Assembly: GCF_006345805.1 (NCBI RefSeq)
Contig: NW_021825180.1
Coordinates: 1 to 16,316 of the forward strand
Direction of reading: 5' to 3'
From: Octopus sinensis
Taxonomy: Eukaryota
DNA: 16,316 nt
The translations under genes and the position numbers were made by a program. The notes under the pieces were generated by a model. It worked only from the letters and a program-made list of their open reading frames with translations, searched no databases and was not told the DNA's origin. Positions 1-8,611 of this stretch are shown here, one piece after another (position 1 is the stretch's first letter; the number at the start of each line of letters is the position of its first letter).

Positions 1-887
1 CTAAAAGATTCTAGATTAAAACCAAATAAGAAACAAACAATTGTAATTGCTAAAAAATAATTTGTCAACATTCAGAGAGATCATCCCTAAAGCCACAGAA
101 ACCAAACCAGAACAACTAGAAATACTTGGATGCCCTCTCACTGATGCAGGAATCAGTAACACTTTAATAACAAAAGAACATCAACTAAAAACAACTTTCA
201 GACGTTTGGAGTTGCTAGACGCACATACCTCCCTATTCCTGCTAAAAAACGCCTTGTCAGCACAGAAACTAAATTACGTTCTTCGGGGTGACCCTGCTAC
301 CTGAAAACGCAACAGCTCGACAATATCGATCGTCTCTTTCGGACCACAATTGAACGCATTACGAATGTGAAATTCGACGACCAAGGGTGGGACCAAGCGA
401 CCCTACCCGTTAACCTGGGCGGACTGGGAATCCCTTCTCCGAATGATCTGGCTCGCCCCGCATATCTATCCTCTTTGGACTCCAACCAACTGCTGATCAG
501 GATGATTCTCCAACTCCAAACTGAATCATCTGAAATCACAGAGATGGAGCATTCGAGAGGGATGATGCTTGAGCAGAAAAATCGTTACAAGACCATCTGC
601 GAGGATAAATACGAGAGGCTTCTGAACCAGTCAAACCAACACAGACGTGCCTGTCTAGTGACTGGAAGATGCGAATCGAGTGGAGCTTGGATCAATGCAC
701 TCCCCGTTGATAGTGTCGGAACTCACTTTGACGACGATACTGTCCGAATTGACATCAGCACCAGACTTGGACTGGAGATTTGCCGGACTCACAAATGCCG
801 GTGTGGGGCCACCGTCGATTGTTACGGACACCATGCTCTCTCTTGTCGAAGAAGTGCAGGACAATTTCCAAGACACAAGGCGATCAT
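1..887 (+). mobile_element. CRE-clade (RLE-type) non-LTR retrotransposon fragment: RT C-terminus/thumb and CCHC finger, frameshifted and 3'-truncated
   Basis: ORFs 47-304 and 367-927 join via a 1-nt frameshift near 298 (…DPA/YLKTQQLDNIDRLFRTTIERITNVKF…). Motifs WDQATLPVNLGGLGIP, GAWINALP, TRLG and CRCGATVDCYGHHALSC…RH are typical of CRE-like elements. Coding similarity stops at RHKAI (~887). Confidence 0.8.
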
Positions 888-892
888 TTCCT

Positions 893-1267
893 TTCCTTCC
901 ATAAAATTTTTGACAATCGACGAATAATCTTTCAACCTTTTGGAGTATATACCTCCAACGGTTATCCATCCAATAGAAGTTTTTAAATCAATGGATGCTA
1001 ATTCACATACATTCTGTTCAATTATTCTTGGATTCCGAATGTCAATAGATTTTTTGTAAAATATTGATGTTCCTGTGCCGGCGTTAGCACCAGGATGCCA
1101 AGGAATATCAATCGAGCTGTATCCAGGAATAGTGATACTTCCAGACTTCTTCATTTTCGTCTCGTTAATGATAAATACATCCATCTGAACTGTGCTGATA
1201 AGAGCTATCAGCTCTGCAGGGTAATCCTGGCATTAACCCTGGCATTAACCAGGGTAATCCTGGTCAC
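893..1267 (-). mobile_element. Jockey/I-group LINE ORF2 N-terminal apurinic endonuclease fragment
   Basis: Reads VTRITLVNAR…ISTVQMDVFIINETK…PGYSSIDIPW…GTGTSIFYKK…GGIYSK, i.e. APE motifs N-x-R and I-x-E-T-K. It is truncated at ~893, where it abuts the plus-strand CRE fragment; the rest of ORF 822-1184 is CRE antisense. Confidence 0.85.
1217..1263. repeat. Interleaved short direct repeats (A-B-B-A patchwork)
   Basis: cagggtaatcctgg at 1217-1230 and 1250-1263; cctggcattaacc at 1226-1238 and 1238-1250. Confidence 0.9.
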
Positions 1268-1758
1268 GTTTGATTTATTTGGTGGCTGCTTCCCTCTTTT
1301 AGGAGAGCCACCAAACCGAGTAAAAACTTGGCATCTTTTTTAGTTCTGGTCATGTCCTTAATAGATCTTTCGAGCTCACTAATTAAGTCAGCTCGAGGTC
1401 GACCCGTCATTGACCCAGCTCCTGAAGTCGACAAAGTCTGCACCGCCGAGTGAGATATAGTCGTTTCCTCTGTCTGTGTTCCAACTTCAACTGTTTTCCT
1501 AACTCTTGGAACGTTCCATCCCGCCCATGGCTTCAAGGGTAAATTTTTTATGTCTGTTTGGTTGATTTTAGCATTCTCAGAAGCTTCTTTTAACAGTTTC
1601 TGAACCAGAATTTTATCATTTTTCAGCTTTGAAGCTTCTTTAGCTTTCTCACAGCCCCGATAATTTGCCAAGTGGCTCGAAGAACCGCAGTTGACACATT
1701 TTTTCATGTTAGAGTCCTTGCAATCTGTTCCAGCATGTGTACCCGAACAAAATTTCGA
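1264..1758 (-). mobile_element. LINE ORF1 (gag-like) C-terminal fragment with zinc knuckles
   Basis: Reads FCSGTHAGTDC…KKCVNCGSSSHLANYRGC, tandem CCHC-type knuckles as in Jockey/I/R1 ORF1. The frame is open to TGA at 1266-1264, directly upstream of the endonuclease. Confidence 0.8.
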
Positions 1759-1769
1759 TCCAATTATTA

Positions 1770-2044
1770 TTATTTAAGCAATAATCATCCCTTTTTTAAA
1801 TTCAGTTAACTGTTTCTTTCTTTGGAGAACGTGGCATATGCAATAACAAGAAAAGTGAGCAATGTTTTTTGTCACAAGATTTAAATTTTTATGCTTTAAA
1901 TTCCTTATATTGAAATGAAATCGCATTAATAAATTAATATACTTAAGAATTAGAATAAAAATGAAGCGTAAGATTAAATTTTTCATTAATTTGTCAATAA
2001 AAGCATGAAAAAATGGCTGAGCAATTTTTTTGACGAGCACTGTA
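1770..2044 (-). mobile_element. Tc1-family DNA transposon 5' end (TA target site, TIR, start of transposase)
   Basis: Minus strand reads TA|CAGTGCTCGTCAAAAAAATTG from 2044/2042, close to the C. elegans Tc1 TIR start CAGTGCTGGCCAAAAAG as I recall it. ATG at 1837 gives MPR…/RKKQLTEFKKGMIIA* (frameshift), resembling the first Tc1/Tc3 HTH helix. Confidence 0.7.
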
Positions 2045-3381
2045 CATTTGTCAACTATTAAATCTGAAAGTTGTAGTTTACATTTGAAAACGCATTATGA
2101 AGTAAACAAATTGAAAGAATAGTCTGACAACTATTTTTTAGTATAAAGAGATTAATTATCGGAAAAGTTTGTGCTGAATGTGTGGACTGTGCTCAAAGTC
2201 AGTCATTAAAAGTGCATATTCCTTTGATTAACATTAAAGCAAAAACTCCAAACGAAGGTTATTAGATGGATATAAAAGATTTGAGTCCCTAGTCTGAATC
2301 GTGGCATCAAATATATTTTTAACATAATCGATATTTATTTCAAATTTTACTTTGCCTAAGATACTAATTCATATAAAGCATTTCTAATTTTTTCTATTTT
2401 AAAAGCTTTATTTTACAATTTTAGACCTCCTTAAATATTGCAATCAGAAAACAGTAAAGACCTCAAAAATGAGAAGGAAAAGTAATTTAAACAAGGGGTT
2501 TTTAATCTAGGTCAATTTTCACAAAAACTAGGTAACAATATAAGTCAATTGTGTAAGACGATAGTATGGGTAACGCGGACGTGTCGTTATCAAAAAGTTT
2601 GCTTATGTTTAATTATGTTAGTTGTATTGATACGTTATCGACGGATATGATCCGAATGAAAAGATATTTTGTTTATATTGTCTATTGTCTAACCTTTTGT
2701 CATTAATCAAACAGAAATCTATAAATTTCGTCCTAAAAGAGTTCTAAATTGATGAATGTCTAAATGTGAATTGCCCATTATTGGTATGTTGGTAAACCGG
2801 ACGTCCTCACTAATGTGAAACGGCTGAAACTAAATTCCTACTAAGTTCAAACAGACCTAAGATATTAAATTTTTTAATTAAATCTTATTTATTATTTATA
2901 TTTTTCCTAATTTATCAAATTGAATAAAAAAATTATTCACGTGTTAAGCACGTTATATTCTTTTCTTGTGTTGTGCATTCCTGTTGTTAATTCTTATTTT
3001 ATTATTTCTTGCTATCAATATATTTTTTTTATAATATTATCATTTTTATATATTTTCAAGATTAATTAAATTGACCGTTTGTAAAATATCCTGAATAAGG
3101 TTTATTTTGCAAGTAAATTTGTATTCATTTTATCAATTAATTAATCTCCATTCCTATTGAATTTTTTCAATTAAATTTATTTTCTTCTATACCATATTGA
3201 TCATTTTTAGTATTTTATTGTTTATTTTTTATAGTTCTAGTTTCCATTTTCATTAAAATAACGCTTACGAGTTTTTTTATAGTGTGATTCTAATTTTTCT
3301 GGTGACAATTATTATTATTTAAGCCAAACAAAATCACCGTCTTAACCATTAACTAACACGTTCAGGTGATTCCGACACTTC

Positions 3382-3500
3382 TCAACAGTCGAGCCATCTT
3401 TTCACGATGTTCCGACTGTGACCCCACACATTTTCTGTATGTACGGTGAATGGTTTGTGATCCATTTCCACGATCCCCCCATTTGCCTCTACGAGAGACT
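3382..3500 (-). mobile_element. Possible degraded Merlin/ISXO2 transposase C-terminal piece
   Basis: GGIVEMD…VHTENVWGHSRNIVKR loosely resembles the Merlin GGxxxIVEIDE and HTxxIExxW motifs. The match is short and gapped. Confidence 0.3.
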
Positions 3501-3501
3501 T

Positions 3502-3607
3502 CAACTTGATAAACAATTGGCAAGAGATTTGAATCGTAATGTCGAAATATCGATCGAACTTGTATTGATTCATCGATGAATTCTTGGCTACCGAGGCAAA
3601 AATATAT
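3502..3607 (+). repeat. 106-bp direct repeat copy 1 (possible Tc1 second HTH fragment)
   Basis: Matches 3953-4058 with 6 substitutions. Plus strand reads KQLARDLNRNVEISIELVLIHR*ILGYRGK. Confidence 0.85.
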
Positions 3608-3952
3608 GACTAGTCTTCTATTTTTCACATAGAGTTCGGTTTTTGGAAGCTTTTAATTTTTTGGCTGGATTTGCCAATAATTTATTTTCATATCGCCCAA
3701 ACATGCTCTATTGCAGTGTTTCTTGGCTTTTTTAACCGAGAACCACTTTGGTTGTTGAATTTTTCTGGGGGACCACCAGTAACAAAACAATTTAATAAAA
3801 AATCATAGTATTGATGTTAAATCGGTAGATCATCCAATTGTATACTAATTTTGCATGGGCTGCCTATATCATAACATGTTGTTCCAAGAGAAATTAACAA
3901 TTTTTGGGTAGTTTGGAGTCAGAGAAGATGCTTGATGTTACCAGACCAAGAG

Positions 3953-4058
3953 CAACTTGATAAACAATTGGCACGAGATTTGAATCGTAATGTCGAAATA
4001 TCGATCGAACCTCTATTGATTCGTCGATCAATTCTTGGCTACCGCGGCAAAAATATAT
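3953..4058 (+). repeat. 106-bp direct repeat copy 2 (possible Tc1 second HTH fragment)
   Basis: Reads (RPRAT)DKQLARDLNRNVEISIEPLLIRRSILGYRGK, similar to the Tc3-type HTH pattern PRxT..L..L…S..TIRR.L…G..G. The repeat is certain; the Tc1 assignment is tentative. Confidence 0.8.
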
Positions 4059-4074
4059 AAATCTTTAATAAACA

Positions 4075-4180
4075 ATACCATAATTGAAACCCCTTCAGAT
4101 CAATTAAATCCATCTGAAATCTTTCATTTGGACGATGGGCAATCACATTATTTTCTTCATCCACAAGTTTCAAGGGGGTT
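4075..4180 (-). mobile_element. Ginger/KRBA2-like rve integrase fragment
   Basis: PLKLVDEENNVIAHRPNERFQMDLIDLKGF contains the PNERxQxDLIDx first catalytic Asp motif. It is fused in frame to the Merlin fragment. Confidence 0.6.
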
Positions 4181-4315
4181 GAAAATTTGCATATTTGTGA
4201 ATAAATCCCTCCAATCTGCGTAATCCCATTATAGGCGGCCCAACCATCAGTAATGATATGGGTGCCGGGAAGTACGCGTCGAACGATAACTTCATTAAAG
4301 TTTCCGCTGTTCTTT

Positions 4316-4339
4316 CTAAAGGATAAATGCAAATAGAAC
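4316..4339 (-). other. Putative 24-nt spliceosomal intron inside the Merlin transposase
   Basis: Minus strand gttctatttgcatttatcctttag (GT…AG, pyrimidine-rich). Removing it gives KCFFEEVVERTAETL, which restores the Merlin spacing CFxxxVxxRxAxTL. Confidence 0.6.
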
Positions 4340-4690
4340 CTACAACTTCTTCAAAAAAGCACTTTCTAGTTTCCCTGTCTATTCCACACAATACCCAATG
4401 GCCTGGTCGCCAATGACCTTGATGGTACTTTCTGTGAAAAAATTTGCACTCGTCGATTTCCACTATCGACTCTTCTGTTCTGTCTAAAGGATAAATGGAA
4501 AAAAGCACTTGCAACTTTTTCAAAAAAGCACTTTCTATTTCCCTGTCTATTCCACCCAATATTCAATGGCCTGGTCGCCCATGACCTTGATGGTACTTTC
4601 TGTGAAAAAATTTGCACTCGTCGATTTCCACTATCGACTCTTCTGTTCTGTCTAAAGGATAAATGGAAAAAAAAACCTGCAACAAATCTT
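4316..4690. repeat. 168-bp tandem repeat (2 full units plus a diverged partial third)
   Basis: ctaaaggataaatg recurs at 4316, 4484 and 4652 (period 168). The last ~70 nt of units 1 and 2 are identical. Confidence 0.92.
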
Positions 4691-5155
4691 TTCTTGAAAG
4701 ATACAGCTTTCCAGAAATTACACAAAAATTTTCAGCTTTTTTGCTGAGTTAAAGCCGCGCTGACATCGTGCGACATTAAACAGGAATTAATCCGAGACCG
4801 TAAAGCATTCTTCAACGAGGGTTTAGAATTAGATTTTATATGAGAGAGACGGAACGAGAGAGCCCTTCATAAACTGACTCATATTCTTTTTAAAGATAAA
4901 AACAAAGGAATCATCGGGGAGACGGGCAGAGGAGCCCAACGCAAAGGTTGGAAAAAGGAATAAACATTCCAATTAGAAATGGATGGGTCGGAAATGACAG
5001 AATCGATTAGAGAGGATAAGATTTGGGCCGCAGAAATACGGGGAGATTTTGGATTCGAATAGGAATGCGGAAAGAAGCATGATAATCGTCAATCAATTCA
5101 AGAACAGATTCAGAATCCAACAAAAATGGATCTGAAGGATTATCAAGAGGGGGAA

Positions 5156-5265
5156 ATGTTCGACCGAATCAAAGGCTTTTTTAACATCAATCCATGTAGA
5201 ACATAAATTGTTTCCATTTTTTGATTTAAACATTGATTGACAATAGCTTGTTCCTTTTCCCCTTT
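5156..5265 (-). mobile_element. R4-like non-LTR retrotransposon RT fragment
   Basis: With one extra A in an A-run it reads GxKEQAIVNQCLNQKNGNNLCSTWIDVKKAFDSVEH. KEQ…N-L…WIDxKKAFDSV is the R4-type RT signature. Confidence 0.65.
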
Positions 5266-5269
5266 TCTC

Positions 5270-5545
5270 TGATAAGTTTTTAATCGATTTTATTCTTTGT
5301 TTGAGGAAGATAGCGTCTTGCGGGTCCCAACACCGCTTTAGTTTACTTTCCACGTTCCTTTTTTCACCAAGTAGTTTGGATTGTTCTTCATTTATCAATC
5401 GATTTTTGTACGAGAAGAGAAACCTCTTTTTTCCATAGTCCTCCAGATAACTTCGAATAATGTTTCTCATTCTTTCATCCAAATAATTGATCTCGTCAAG
5501 ATTTAGTATTTTCAATTCTTGAGTATTTGCCAATTTCATAGACAT
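5270..5545 (-). mobile_element. Probable LINE ORF2 endonuclease-RT linker fragment
   Basis: KLLGEKRNVESKLKRCWDPQDAIFLKQRIKSIK resembles the basic helical L..KR….R..DP…..I linker of Jockey-type ORF2. Compare the equivalent region at 14931-15134. Confidence 0.4.
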
Positions 5546-5580
5546 ATAAAAATTGAAATGATTCCAATTAATGTTGCTGA

Positions 5581-5873
5581 TTGATAGCGTCTGGCATGCC
5601 GTCTGGAAGTATCACTATTCCTGAATACAGCTCGATTGATATTCCTTGGCATCCTGGTGCTAACGCCGGCACAGGAACATCAATATTTTACAAAAAGTCT
5701 ATTGACATTCGGAATCCAAGAATAATTGAACAGATCCTGATTTGACTTCACGCACCCATATGCAGTATGCTTTGCATTTAAGTCTCCAACAAGAATTGGA
5801 TTTTCAATTCCTTCCATAAAATTTTTGACAATCGACGAATAATCTTTCAACCTTTTGGAGTATATACTTCCAA
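5581..5873. mobile_element. Rearranged second copy of the LINE at 893-1758 (RT motif scrap, plus-strand EN piece, inverted EN piece)
   Basis: 5581-5600 encodes xDSVWHA (RT motif). 5601-5734 is the reverse complement of 1013-1146 with 2 mismatches. 5808-5873 equals 893-958 with 1 mismatch, and 5735-5807 extends it on the minus strand to ILVGDLNAKHTAYGCVKSNQ. Confidence 0.9.
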
Positions 5874-5875
5874 GT

Positions 5876-6064
5876 TCTCTTTGCAATAAAACTTTCGACA
5901 GTGTCAGCATTCTGTGGGTGATTTTTTTCCTTATGTTTTTTTAAAAAGTTGTTTCCCATTATGACGTCGCAAATCATACACTGCGATTTATCGACGTTTT
6001 CAGATTCAGTATATTTGGTAAATCCATATTAGACATAAGAATCAATCCATTTGCGATTTACCAT
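5876..6064 (-). mobile_element. hAT (Buster/Charlie-type) transposase N-terminal BED-finger fragment
   Basis: MVNRKWIDSYV*YGFTKYTESENVDKSQCMICDVIMGNN…KNHPQNADTVESFIAKR matches the RKY..SY..YGF…PQC.IC..V..N…H pattern. It has a stop, a deletion and a frameshift. Confidence 0.7.
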
Positions 6065-6128
6065 TACAATCAAATAACAAAAAAAGTGGAATAAAATTAA
6101 TTAAATATTCAAATGAATAAATAATTTT

Positions 6129-6275
6129 TCAGTTATAAAAATTAATTGAGCTAAACATGCTTCGGGGGACGACGTTAAGAAACACTGGTCTATTGGATTT
6201 TATATATTTAATTATTGTTTCTGAAATATGCCAAGGGTCATTATCTTGCTGAAAAATAAACGAGTTTAGCTTTTT
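6129..6275 (-). mobile_element. Tc1/IS630-family DDE transposase fragment
   Basis: FIFQQDNDPWHISETIIKYIK…VVPRS…IN matches the QQDNxPxH second-Asp motif and a degraded WPxxSPDLNPIE. Confidence 0.75.
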
Positions 6276-6280
6276 TAGAG

Positions 6281-6500
6281 CTATATGGGACCTGCCGGTC
6301 AGTCCGCAAAGACGCACTGCGGATCGAGAGGCAGTTCCGCGTAGAATAGAGATTGGAAGAGGCAGCTCGCATCCTTCGGTCATGCGTCTTCAAGGCAATT
6401 TTATCGCCGAGCATACGCAATCCGCTTCTTTACTTAGCACGCCAGTGGTCTAAAAGCAAGGGGGACAAACTCGTATGCGTCAGAAAGAAGTACGTATTTT
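6281..6500 (+). mobile_element. Probable LINE ORF2 C-terminal fragment
   Basis: GC-richer block reading (RAI)YGTCRSVRKDALRIERQFRVE*RLEEAARILRSCVFKAILSPSIRNPLL. It resembles the Jockey-type C-terminal LR.I.G….R…L..E…NPL region. Confidence 0.4.
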
Positions 6501-6896
6501 TAGCTCTTCCACTCCTTTAAAAATGTTTATATAATTTGCATTGTTCATTTTTTTACATTTTAAAAAGGCCTTAGTCACTTTCAAATTCGAGTTATCAAAT
6601 TTGATTCATCTGATTTTTGTTGGCAATATGTAGTCAGACAATCTGTTATGTCGTCGAAAATCATTGCCGACGTAAATTTTATGTTCTTAGACAACTTGTG
6701 GAGGTTAAAAAATGCCTTGTTGACTGCTTCGCTGTCGTTAAACATAGTTAAATCGGCATTGTTTATTTTTTAATTTTATACCTAATATTCAAAAAATTTC
6801 ATTAATTTATTTCGGGCTTTATTTGGTGATGTATGAAATGCACAAGTATCCATTTTTCTGGAAAAATTTCACTAAACGTCGTAAATTCATTAAATT

Positions 6897-6914
6897 GGTC
6901 AATCCGGCACTGTA
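6897..6914 (-). mobile_element. Possible orphan DNA-transposon terminus (hAT/Tip100-like CAGTGCCGGATT)
   Basis: Minus strand reads ta-CAGTGCCGGATTGACC from 6912. No partner TIR was seen. Confidence 0.25.
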
Positions 6915-7052
6915 GAATATTCTCCGAAATTTGTATTATTATTTATTAATAGTGTTTTTGACGCGTAAATAACAATTATGCAATAAATATATGCAGGCTT
7001 TGTCAACAATCTTAAAAATTACTTTATCACTAAAAATAAGATTAATCAAAGG

Positions 7053-7280
7053 ATGATGCAGATAGATCGCGGTGACGGAAAACTTTCTGACGGGTCTACA
7101 TTATTCCCGTTCAAGATGGGACAAAATATGCTTAATTGACCGACACTTGTTGCCTCGTCCCCCTGGCTCTCGAAACCAATAGGGGTAACTGACCCTAAAA
7201 CTATCAAACTTCTTTTAGAGATTGGTTTAATCATCTCGAAGAGGAGTCACGACAGTCGCGAAACGAGCTGGCCTTTTTAA
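7053..7280 (+). mobile_element. CRE-clade restriction-like endonuclease (RLE) fragment
   Basis: DRGDGKLSDGSTLFPFKMGQNM…/VPLALET/IGVTDPKTIKLLLEIG…RNELAFL matches the CRE pattern RGDGKRPDGxTLxPW..G…P.A.ET.G.W……..EIG, with an internal deletion and frameshifts. Confidence 0.7.
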
Positions 7281-7669
7281 CGTTTATTATTATTATAATT
7301 TCAAATCTGCAACAAAAAGAAAGTTACAATCTTCTCGTCGCTTATTACACTTTTCTCTTTCTCATATTTCTTAACGTTGAAAAAATAAATACATTAGTTG
7401 GTCGTTAATTTTTCTGAGATTTTTTATATCTTTTTCAAATAGCTTCTTATAGATGGATGTCTTATTTTGTAAAGTAGAATGTTAGATTCAAGAAAACCAA
7501 GAGTGACTTTGAAGGCCGATTATGTTCGAAGAAATTTGATTTTTAAATATTGATTCAATTCATTTTAGAAATATTTATAAATCTTAATTGAAGCCAATCA
7601 AATGTTATGAAAACGAAGTATTCATCAACAAAATATTTTTATCACTGCATACTGATTTAAAAAAATGCT

Positions 7670-8446
7670 TCAAAATATATTGGCGAAATTGCCGTGGCGT
7701 TTTTTGACACTGAAAAACAATCCCTCTGACAGGACCCGGCGGAGTGAACTAAGATATCGGGAAAAACACGGAGATTTTCTATAATAAAATGCTGCATCGA
7801 GTATTTTCTCTGTCACAGCAGGAAATTGTGAGTTAGTCTTACACCAGTCACACGACAACTGGACAGCCATCAACCTGCAAATCTTCAATATTTAGCTTTT
7901 GTCCAAATTCCTTTGCTTTAGTAATAATGTTTCATCAGTCAGGTAACCGTTAATAACATCCATTCAAGATAGCAATCTATCAATAAATTCTCAAGCAGAT
8001 AATGATTTTTAGAAGCTTTGAACTCTCACTATTTTTCCATTGTTCTTTATTTTTTAAAATTTCAGATAAAGTAGAATTTTCTAGGTCCAGGTTTAATTCT
8101 CTTCTAATAATTTGAGACAATTCATTCAGCGAGACTTTCATCGAATCCTTGATTTAACAAATCTGTTCTTTTAGATAAATTTCGGTCATTTTTCTAACCA
8201 TAGAATTATAAAAAGCGTGCTGTTAATTAATTTTGAAAAAAAAATTAATACAAAAAATTATCAACAAAATTATTTTTTTGATAATAATAAACAAAATTAA
8301 TTGAAATTATATTAATCCTATCGTTCGGACTGCGGATTATTGAATTTTCGAAACATTGAATCAAATTTGGATCAAGTTACAAAATTTGTAATTTTAATTA
8401 AACAAATTCGGATTATTGAGATTCGGATTAACGAGTGTTGACTGTA
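7670..8446 (-). mobile_element. pogo/Tigger-family transposon 5' half (TA, TIR, CENP-B-type DNA-binding domains), degenerate
   Basis: TA|CAGTCAACACTCGTTAATCCGAAT from 8444, with TAATCCG repeated at 8424-8430, 8409-8415 and 8333-8339. ATG at 8201 gives MVRKMTEIYLKEQIC*…SLNELSQII…NSTLSEILKNKEQW, then GYLTDETL..KAKEFGQKLNIEDLQ and SEGL…KKRHG (psq-like and Tc5-like HTHs). Confidence 0.8.
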
Positions 8447-8611
8447 ATTGTACCTCTCATTGGTTGCCATCGAATTTGGAAAATATTATGTTGAGCGCCA
8501 AGAATGAAACCGTCCGAAACTCCAATCATGACAGCTGTCATCAATTTTAATCCTTGACAAAAATAAGATAATCAAATATTTTTCAAACAAAAAATTAACT
8601 AATTGTTTTTT

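Larger units (their letters stand above)
4198..4690 (-). mobile_element. Merlin (IS1595/ISXO2-like) DDE transposase fragment with internal tandem duplication and a putative micro-intron
   Basis: Motifs IVEIDECKFFHRKYHQG…WVLCGIDRETRKCF…RTAETL and VLPGTHIITDGWAAY. There is a 1-nt frameshift near 4295. Confidence 0.85.

Noticed and set aside
297-1343. Overlapping small ORFs (297-539, 655-969, 680-904, 780-986, 1095-1343)
   Set aside because: They are alternative frames or antisense of the CRE and LINE fragments.
2560-2750. Possible small gene with a 25-nt GT-AG segment (2597-2621)
   Set aside because: Every spliced frame hits a stop within a few codons and no motif was recognised.
4316-4690. 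CRISPR-like repeat array or bacterial IS1595
   Set aside because: The units are 168-bp coding duplications without unique spacers, and the spliceosomal introns in the window show a eukaryotic context.
7260-7400. Tigger DDE domain continuation on the minus strand (EKIVTSFCC…)
   Set aside because: The similarity is too weak, and it partly overlaps the better-supported plus-strand CRE endonuclease fragment.
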